Made by a program: the position numbers and the translations under genes
Source of the DNA: Clostridia bacterium
GTDB lineage: Bacteria > Bacillota > Clostridia > Oscillospirales > CAG-272
DNA length: 45,246 nt
Direction: 5' to 3'
Assembly: GCA_017466625.1 (NCBI GenBank)
Contig: JAFTTT010000047.1
Coordinates: forward strand, 1-45,246
Notes under the pieces: generated by a model
What the model saw: only the letters and a program-made list of their open reading frames with translations
The model's database searches: none
What the model was told of the DNA's origin: nothing
Part shown: one piece after another, positions 38,968-45,246 of the stretch
How positions within the stretch are numbered: position 1 is the first letter of the stretch
Layout of the letters: each line of letters opens with the position of its first letter

Positions 38968-39795
38968 GTGGGTCAGAAAGTTAATCCTCACGGTTTCCGT
39001 GTTGGAGTTATTAAAGACTGGAACTCGAGATGGTTCACCAAGGACGAGTCCTTCGGCGACACCCTCGTTTCAGACTACAACGTAAGAAAGTTCCTTAAAG
39101 AAAAGTATAAGGAATCCGGCGTACCGAAGATCGAGATCGAGCGCGACAACAAGCGCGTAAGAGTCTTCCTTCACTGCGCTAAGCCCGGACTTGTGATCGG
39201 TCGCGGCGGTGCCGAGATCGATAAGCTCAAGCTCGAGCTCGAGGCAATGGTCGGCATGCCTGTCCTCGTAAACGTAGTCGAGGTTAAGAACCCCGACGTA
39301 AATGCACAGCTCGTTGCTGAAAACATCGCTAAGCAGCTCGAGGGAAGAGCGTCCTTCCGCCGCGCAATGAAGATGTCCATTCAGCGTACCATGCGTATGG
39401 GTGCAAAGGGTATCAAGGTTACTTGCTCCGGACGTCTTGCAGGCGCCGAGATCGCAAGAACCGAGCACTACCATGAAGGTTCTATTCCGCTTCAGACTCT
39501 CCGTGCCGATATCGACTACGGCTTCGCTGAGGCAAACACCACCTACGGTAAGATCGGCGTAAAGACGTGGGTCTACAAGGGTGAGGTTCTCCGCGACACC
39601 GGAAAGAAGACACGCTTTGCAGAAGCAAAGATCGAGGCTCCCAAGCAGGAAAGACGCGGCGACCGCCGCGACCGCAAGCCCGGCTTCAAGGGCGACCGTA
39701 AGCCCGGATTCAATAAGAATCAGGGCAACCGTCAGGGCGGCTACAAGAACAACCGTCAGGGCGCACCCGCGAACAAAGAGGGAGGCGACAAATAA
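38968..39795 (+). CDS. rpsC: 30S ribosomal protein S3
   Basis: [31 protein letters not shown]; basic low-complexity tail. Confidence 0.98.
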   Translation: MGQKVNPHGFRVGVIKDWNSRWFTKDESFGDTLVSDYNVRKFLKEKYKESGVPKIEIERDNKRVRVFLHCAKPGLVIGRGGAEIDKLKLELEAMVGMPVLVNVVEVKNPDVNAQLVAENIAKQLEGRASFRRAMKMSIQRTMRMGAKGIKVTCSGRLAGAEIARTEHYHEGSIPLQTLRADIDYGFAEANTTYGKIGVKTWVYKGEVLRDTGKKTRFAEAKIEAPKQERRGDRRDRKPGFKGDRKPGFNKNQGNRQGGYKNNRQGAPANKEGGDK

Positions 39796-40223
39796 TGTTA
39801 ATGCCTAAGAGAGTAAAGTTCAGACGTGTTCAGCGCGGCAGAATGAAGGGTACAGCCCACCGCGGTAACACTCTGGCATACGGTGATTTCGGTCTCGTGG
39901 CAACACAGCCCGCATGGATCACCTCTAACCAGATAGAAGCTGCCCGTATCGCGATGACTCGTTTCACCAAGCGTTCCGGACAGGTTTGGATCAAGATATT
40001 CCCCGATAAGCCCGTAACTGAGAAGCCCGCTGAGACCCGAATGGGTTCCGGTAAGGGTTCGCCTGAGTACTGGGTAGCAGTTGTTAAGCCGGGACGTATC
40101 ATGTTCGAGATGAGCGGTGTATCGGAAGCTGATGCAAAGGAAGCAATGCGCCTTGCATCTCACAAGCTCCCCATCAAGTGCAAGTTCATCACCAAGAACG
40201 ACACTATTTCCGAGGAGGAATAA
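39795..40223 (+). CDS. rplP: 50S ribosomal protein L16
   Basis: MLMPKR.K.R, RMGSGKG. Confidence 0.98.
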   Translation: MLMPKRVKFRRVQRGRMKGTAHRGNTLAYGDFGLVATQPAWITSNQIEAARIAMTRFTKRSGQVWIKIFPDKPVTEKPAETRMGSGKGSPEYWVAVVKPGRIMFEMSGVSEADAKEAMRLASHKLPIKCKFITKNDTISEEE

Positions 40224-40226
40224 GCC

Positions 40227-40415
40227 GTGAAAGCATACGATATCAGAAATATGTCTTCCGAAGAGCTCGAAAACAAGCTCAAGGAGCTCAAGAACGAGCT
40301 TTTTAACCTCCGTTTCCAGAATGCGATCAACCAGCTTGAGAACCCCCACCGCATCGGTGAGGTCAAGAAGGACATCGCACGCGTTATGACCGTTCTCAAC
40401 GAGAAGAACGCATAA
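40227..40415 (+). CDS. rpmC: 50S ribosomal protein L29
   Basis: [18 protein letters not shown]. Confidence 0.97.
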   Translation: MKAYDIRNMSSEELENKLKELKNELFNLRFQNAINQLENPHRIGEVKKDIARVMTVLNEKNA

Positions 40416-40442
40416 TGAGAAAGCGAGAGGAGTAAAAGCCCT

Positions 40443-40699
40443 ATGGAAGAAAGAAATCTTAGAAAAACCAGAGTCGGCATGGTCGTAAGCACCAAGATGG
40501 ATAAGACCATCGTAGTTGCTATCGCCGACAACGTTAAGCACCCAAGTATGGCAAGGTCATCAAGCACACCGTCAAGATCCACGCTCATGACGAAAACAAT
40601 GAGTGCGGTGTTGGCGATAAGGTTGAGGTAATGGAGACCCGTCCCCTTTCCAAGACCAAGAGATGGCGCCTTGTTAACATTATCGAGAAAGCAAAATAA
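40443..40699 (+). CDS. rpsQ: 30S ribosomal protein S17, with an apparent -1 frameshift at about 40541-40543
   Basis: [15 protein letters not shown], then [40 protein letters not shown] in the other frame. Confidence 0.92.
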
Positions 40700-40768
40700 C
40701 AGTCGGAAACAGCAGAGCGGGAATATTCCCGTGCAAGCCAAGGTTCGACTCAAAGGAGGATTTGCACA

Positions 40769-41137
40769 TTGATACAGCAGCAGTCATATATGAAGGTTGC
40801 CGATAACACCGGCGCCAAAGAGATTATGTGTATCCGCGTGCTTGGTGGCTCCGGACGCCGTTATGCAAATATCGGCGACGTCGTAGTAGCAGCCGTTAAG
40901 AAGGCAGCTCCCGGCGGACAGGTAAAGAAGGGTGACGTCGTAAAGGCAGTTATCGTTCGTTCTGTTAAGGGTCTCAAGAGAAACGACGGATCGTATATCA
41001 AGTTCGATGAGAACGCAGCGGTTATTATCAAGGAAGATAAGAACCCCGTAGGAACCCGTATATTCGGACCGGTAGCAAGAGAGCTTCGTGAGAAATCTTA
41101 CCTCAAGATCCTCTCCCTCGCTCCCGAAGTACTTTAA
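40769..41137 (+). CDS. rplN: 50S ribosomal protein L14
   Basis: [26 protein letters not shown]; TTG start. Confidence 0.98.
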   Translation: MIQQQSYMKVADNTGAKEIMCIRVLGGSGRRYANIGDVVVAAVKKAAPGGQVKKGDVVKAVIVRSVKGLKRNDGSYIKFDENAAVIIKEDKNPVGTRIFGPVARELREKSYLKILSLAPEVL

Positions 41138-41149
41138 GACGGAGGTATC

Positions 41150-41485
41150 GTGAAAATGGAAAAGCTTCATGTTAAAAAGGGCGATACAGTCGTCGTAGTA
41201 TCCGGTGACGATAAGGGCCTCAAGGGCGAAGTTCTTGAAACTTCTCCCAAGGAAGGCAAGGTTATCGTTAAGGGCGTTAACATCGTAACCCGCCACGTAA
41301 AGCCCCGCAAGCAGGGTGACCAGGGCGGCATCGTTAAGGTAGAAGGCGCTATGTACGCCTGCAAGGTCCAGCTTTACTGCCCCAAGTGCGACAAGGGCAT
41401 CCGTCCCTCCGTCGTTTACAAGACAGATAAAGATGGCGTTAAGACTAAGGTCCGCGTTTGCAAGTGCGGATATGAATTCGAGTAA
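41150..41485 (+). CDS. rplX: 50S ribosomal protein L24
   Basis: KKGD.V.V.SG.DKG KOW motif; C-terminal cysteines. Confidence 0.97.
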   Translation: MKMEKLHVKKGDTVVVVSGDDKGLKGEVLETSPKEGKVIVKGVNIVTRHVKPRKQGDQGGIVKVEGAMYACKVQLYCPKCDKGIRPSVVYKTDKDGVKTKVRVCKCGYEFE

Positions 41486-41499
41486 GGAGGAACTTGGTA

Positions 41500-42039
41500 A
41501 TGGCAAGAATTAAAACAGTTTATAATTCCGAGGTTGCTCCTGCACTCATGAAGAAGTTTGAGTATAAGAGCCCCATGCAGATCCCGCGCCTTGATAAGGT
41601 CGTTCTTAACATCGGCGCAGGCGATGCAAAGGAAAATGCAAAGGTTATCGATACCATCATCGCTGACCTCACTCTTATCACCGGTCAGAAGGCCGTTCCT
41701 ACGTACGCAAAGAAGTCCGTCGCTAACTTCAAGCTCCGTGCAGGACAGAAGATCGGCGCAAAGGTTACTCTTCGCGGCGAGAGAATGTACGAGTTCATCG
41801 ACCGTCTCTTCAACCTCTCCCTCCCCCGTGTCCGTGACTTCAAGGGTATCAACCCCAACGGCTTCGACGGACGTGGTAACTACTCTCTCGGACTTAAGGA
41901 ACAGCTTATATTCCCCGAGATCGAGTACGATAAGGTAGAGAAGATCCGCGGTATGGACATCGTTTTCGTAACTACCGCTAAGACCGACGAAGAAGCAAGA
42001 GAGCTCCTTTCCCTTATGGGCGCTCCCTTCGCTAAGTAA
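41500..42039 (+). CDS. rplE: 50S ribosomal protein L5
   Basis: [25 protein letters not shown]. Confidence 0.98.
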   Translation: MARIKTVYNSEVAPALMKKFEYKSPMQIPRLDKVVLNIGAGDAKENAKVIDTIIADLTLITGQKAVPTYAKKSVANFKLRAGQKIGAKVTLRGERMYEFIDRLFNLSLPRVRDFKGINPNGFDGRGNYSLGLKEQLIFPEIEYDKVEKIRGMDIVFVTTAKTDEEARELLSLMGAPFAK

Positions 42040-42056
42040 GAGAAGGAGATAACGAG

Positions 42057-42242
42057 ATGGCAAGAAAAGCTATGAAACTCAAGCAGCAGGCACCCCAGAA
42101 GTACAGTACCCGCGAGTACAACAGATGTAAGATCTGCGGACGCCCGCATGCTTATCTTCGTAAATTCGGAATTTGCCGTATCTGCTTCAGAGAGCTCGCA
42201 TACAAGGGCGAGATCCCCGGAGTAAGAAAGGCATCGTGGTAA
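42057..42242 (+). CDS. rpsZ: 30S ribosomal protein S14, type Z (Zn-binding RpsN)
   Basis: 61 aa; CKICGR...CRICFR. Confidence 0.97.
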   Translation: MARKAMKLKQQAPQKYSTREYNRCKICGRPHAYLRKFGICRICFRELAYKGEIPGVRKASW

Positions 42243-42310
42243 GCAGAACTGTCTGTGACAAATACTGACAAGTCACAAGCAAAGCTGGTTTACAAAGGAG
42301 GAAATATTAA

Positions 42311-42706
42311 ATGCAGATGTCAGACGTAATTGCGGATATGCTCACAAGAATCCGCAACGCAAGTAATGCAAAGCATGAAACAGTTGATATTCCCGCCTCC
42401 AACATGAAGAAGTCCATCGCGGACATCCTCGTAAAAGAGGGTTACGTAAAGGGCTACAACATCGTTGAGGACGGCAAGCAGGGAATCATCCGCGTAACGC
42501 TTAAGTACAACGGTAAGGACAAGGCGATCAAGGGTCTCCGCAGAGTCTCCAAGCCCGGTCTCCGTATTTACGCAAGCTGCGAGGATATGCCCCGCGTAAT
42601 GAACGGCCTCGGAGTCGCTATCGTATCCACCTCTAAGGGTGTTATGACCGACAAGGAAGCTCGTAAGAACAACATCGGCGGCGAAGTTCTCGCCTTCGTA
42701 TGGTAA
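42311..42706 (+). CDS. rpsH: 30S ribosomal protein S8
   Basis: [23 protein letters not shown]. Confidence 0.98.
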   Translation: MQMSDVIADMLTRIRNASNAKHETVDIPASNMKKSIADILVKEGYVKGYNIVEDGKQGIIRVTLKYNGKDKAIKGLRRVSKPGLRIYASCEDMPRVMNGLGVAIVSTSKGVMTDKEARKNNIGGEVLAFVW

Positions 42707-42724
42707 TATCAGGAGGGAAAGAAT

Positions 42725-43264
42725 ATGTCAAGAATAGGCAGACAGCCCATCGTTCTTCCCGCCGGTGTTACCGTTACCGTTGGTGAAGACAATCTCGTAA
42801 CCGTAAAGGGCAAGCTCGGCGAGCTTTCCGAGCAGATCCGCCCTACTATCACAGTTAAGGTTGAAGGCAACGAAGTTCACGTTACTCGTGCTAACGACGA
42901 GAAGGAATGCAGAGCACTTCACGGCCTCAGCCGTACCCTTATCAACAACATGGTCATCGGTGTAACCGAGGGTTACTCGAAGAAGCTCGAGATCATCGGT
43001 GTTGGTTACCGTGCGCAGAAGCAGGGCAACAAGCTCGTGCTCAACCTCGGCTACTCTCACACGATCGAGTTCGTAGAAGAGAACGGAATCACCTTTGAGG
43101 TTCCGGACCAGACCAACGTAATCGTTAAGGGTATCTCGAAGCAGTCCGTTGGACAGATCGCGGCACAGATCCGTGAGAAGAGACCCCCCGAGCCCTACCT
43201 CGGCAAGGGTATCAAGTACTCCGGTGAATACATCCGCCGCAAGGCCGGTAAGACCGGTAAATAA
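42725..43264 (+). CDS. rplF: 50S ribosomal protein L6
   Basis: MSRIG, GVGYRA, PEPY.GKGI. Confidence 0.98.
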   Translation: MSRIGRQPIVLPAGVTVTVGEDNLVTVKGKLGELSEQIRPTITVKVEGNEVHVTRANDEKECRALHGLSRTLINNMVIGVTEGYSKKLEIIGVGYRAQKQGNKLVLNLGYSHTIEFVEENGITFEVPDQTNVIVKGISKQSVGQIAAQIREKRPPEPYLGKGIKYSGEYIRRKAGKTGK

Positions 43265-43282
43265 AGAAGGGAGTAGACATAA

Positions 43283-43642
43283 ATGGTTAGCAGAAAAGAC
43301 GCAAACATTCAGCGCCAGAAGAGACATAAGCGCATTCGTGCGAAGATCTCCGGAACTCCCGAGTGTCCTCGCCTCTGTGTCTACCGTTCTCTCAAGAACA
43401 TTCAGGCACAGATCATTGACGACGTTAACGGCGTGACCCTTTGCTCCGCTTCGACCCTCGGTAAGGGCTTCGAAGGCAACGGCGGCAACAAGGCAGCAGC
43501 AAGAGAAGTCGGCAAGAAGATCGCAGAGATCGCTCTTTCCAAGGGCATCGAAAACGTAGTATTCGACCGTGGCGGATACATCTATCACGGACGCGTGCTT
43601 GAGCTCGCTGAAGGCGCCCGCGAGGGCGGCCTCAAGTTCTGA
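43283..43642 (+). CDS. rplR: 50S ribosomal protein L18
   Basis: PRL.VYRS, FDRGGY.YHGRV. Confidence 0.98.
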   Translation: MVSRKDANIQRQKRHKRIRAKISGTPECPRLCVYRSLKNIQAQIIDDVNGVTLCSASTLGKGFEGNGGNKAAAREVGKKIAEIALSKGIENVVFDRGGYIYHGRVLELAEGAREGGLKF

Positions 43643-43660
43643 GGATAACGGAGGTTTATT

Positions 43661-44158
43661 ATGGAAAAGAAATTCAATCCGAATACCGGTGACCTTCAGG
43701 AAAAGCTCGTTGTCGTAAACCGTGTATCCAAGACCGTAAAGGGCGGACGTATCGCACGTTTCGCAGCTCTTATGGTTGTAGGTGACGGAAACGGTCACGT
43801 TGGCTACGGCCTCGGCAAAGCAGCCGAAGTTCCGGAAGCTATCCGCAAGGGCATCGAAGATGCAAAGAAAAACATGATCACCGTATCTCTTAAGGGTACT
43901 ACCATTCCCCACGAGGTTCTCGGTGTATACGGCGCAGGTAAGGTTCTTCTTAAGCCCGCTTCTGAAGGTACCGGACTTATCGCCGGCGGCACTGCAAGAA
44001 AGGTTCTTGAGATGGCGGGAGTCCGCGATGTCAGAGCTAAGTGCCTTCGTTCCAACAACCCCGTAAACGTAGTTAAGGCAACCTTTGAGGGCCTTAAGGC
44101 GCTTCGTACTGCTGAAGAGGTCGCAAAGGCCCGCGGCATCGAAGTAGCTGATCTCTGA
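43661..44158 (+). CDS. rpsE: 30S ribosomal protein S5
   Basis: [21 protein letters not shown]. Confidence 0.98.
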   Translation: MEKKFNPNTGDLQEKLVVVNRVSKTVKGGRIARFAALMVVGDGNGHVGYGLGKAAEVPEAIRKGIEDAKKNMITVSLKGTTIPHEVLGVYGAGKVLLKPASEGTGLIAGGTARKVLEMAGVRDVRAKCLRSNNPVNVVKATFEGLKALRTAEEVAKARGIEVADL

Positions 44159-44175
44159 TAAACGGGAGGTTAAAA

Positions 44176-44358
44176 ATGGAAAACGTAAAGGTAACGCTCG
44201 TAAAGAGCACAATCGGCGTGAAGCCCAATCAGAAGGCAACCGCTAAATCGCTCGGACTTGAAAAGATCGGTGACAGCATCGTACACGCAGACGACGCAGT
44301 TCTCGCCGGTAAGGTCAAGGTAATTTCTCACCTTGTTAAGGTTGAGAAGCAGGGCTGA
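44176..44358 (+). CDS. rpmD: 50S ribosomal protein L30
   Basis: VTLVKS.IG, SLGL.KI, HLV.VE. Confidence 0.95.
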   Translation: MENVKVTLVKSTIGVKPNQKATAKSLGLEKIGDSIVHADDAVLAGKVKVISHLVKVEKQG

Positions 44359-44384
44359 TTCTATACTAATAAGGAGGAACTCCA

Positions 44385-44825
44385 ATGAAGCTCCATGAAC
44401 TTACACCGGCTGAAGGATCTGTAAAGAACGCATGGCGTAAGGGCAGAGGCCCCGGCTCCGGAAACGGCAAGACTGCCGGTAAGGGACACAAGGGTCAGAA
44501 TGCTCGCTCCGGCGGCGGCGTACGCCCCGGCTTCGAAGGCGGACAGATCCCGCTTTACAGAAAGCTCCCTAAAAGAGGTTTCAAGAACAGATTTGCAAAG
44601 GAATATACCACAGTAAATATCTCGGCGCTTAATTGCTTCGAGGACGGTGCGGTGATCGATCACCAGCTCCTTCTCGACGCTGGCCTTGCTCGCAAGGCAA
44701 ATGACGGTCTTAAGGTTCTCGGAAACGGCAACGTAGAAAAGAAGCTTACCGTTCGCGCCGCCGCATTCACCGCGGCTGCGAAGGAAAAGATCGAAGCAGC
44801 AGGCGGAAAGTGCGAGGTGGTCTAA
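44385..44825 (+). CDS. rplO: 50S ribosomal protein L15
   Basis: GRG.GSG.GKT.G.G.KGQ, FEGGQ.P. Confidence 0.98.
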   Translation: MKLHELTPAEGSVKNAWRKGRGPGSGNGKTAGKGHKGQNARSGGGVRPGFEGGQIPLYRKLPKRGFKNRFAKEYTTVNISALNCFEDGAVIDHQLLLDAGLARKANDGLKVLGNGNVEKKLTVRAAAFTAAAKEKIEAAGGKCEVV

Positions 44826-45050
44826 GTGTTCAAAACAGTAGTAAACGCTTGGAGAACGCCGGAACTTAAGAAAAAGATAGTATTCACTCTCGTGATACTC
44901 CTTCTTTACCGTCTTGGTTCCTGCATCCCCGTGCCCTACGTTAACGCACTTGTAGTCGAATCTTCCTTCAGTGCTCTTTCGGGCTCTATCTTCGATTACC
45001 TGACGATGCTTTCGGGTACCGGCTTTGCTCAGGCAAACCTGTTTGCACTG
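44826..45050 (+). CDS. secY: preprotein translocase SecY, N-terminal part only
   Basis: GTG start right after rplO; ELKKKIVFTL..LLLYRLGS.IPVP...NLFAL; SecY resemblance stops at about 45050. Confidence 0.88.
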
Positions 45051-45246
45051 CCTCCACTGAGCTTCATCCCCGCATTGGCGAGTCTGAACTCTCCTCTGCT
45101 GGAAGGTATGCTTTACGCAGCACTGTGTATGTTAAACGGTGTCCCTTTCATCTTGGCGCTGGGTATGAATACAACAACATCTGGTGAAGCTTTTGGTTCT
45201 GCATTGATCACAACAGTTGCATTCTACGCTTGTGTAGTATTCGTAT

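Noticed and set aside
39640-39795. Repetitive RG/NQ-rich tail of S3
   Set aside because: Low-complexity S3 C-terminal extensions are common.
40535-40550. Programmed frameshift in rpsQ
   Set aside because: No slippery heptamer or stimulatory structure; a second indel and a probable chimera in the window point to sequence error.
37082-44239. Long antisense ORFs (458 aa, 503 aa and others) over ribosomal genes
   Set aside because: Shadows produced by strong codon bias in highly expressed genes; the same applies opposite recA, rhaA and galK.

Overview
A chromosomal segment of a spore-forming Firmicute, Clostridia-like judging by gpr, spoIIP, a SigH-like sigma factor, Zn-type S14 and SigA-type promoters. 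It opens with a 5'-truncated short peptide gene carrying a RiPP-like leader (FEMPTL...EDVITSS), followed by a four-gene operon: HPr-kinase-like protein, PqqD/RRE, soluble S24/S26 peptidase and NTP_transf_5 nucleotidyltransferase. No lasso cyclase is visible. Then come housekeeping genes: hydrolase, Mini-III, spoIIP/gpr, orphan OppA, DUF4364, sigH-like, zinc-ribbon protein, AraC plus rhaBAD, upp, CinA, LTA-synthase-like, proBAC, rnhA, acyl-CoA ligase, TetR, galK, YhaN-like ATPase, a SLOG-lipoprotein-recA-recX-TSCPD operon with a candidate LexA box, an ECF S-component, and the S10-spc ribosomal cluster running into secY. The most unusual non-coding feature is a 330-bp element (11344-11673) made of two inverted five-hairpin modules with conserved linkers but different stem sequences. 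A GTAG-REP doublet and a palindromic repeat cluster are also present. rpsQ and a lipoprotein gene each carry a -1 indel, and secY switches to non-SecY sequence at about 45051; these may be assembly errors. All family assignments come from motif recognition by eye, not from database searches.
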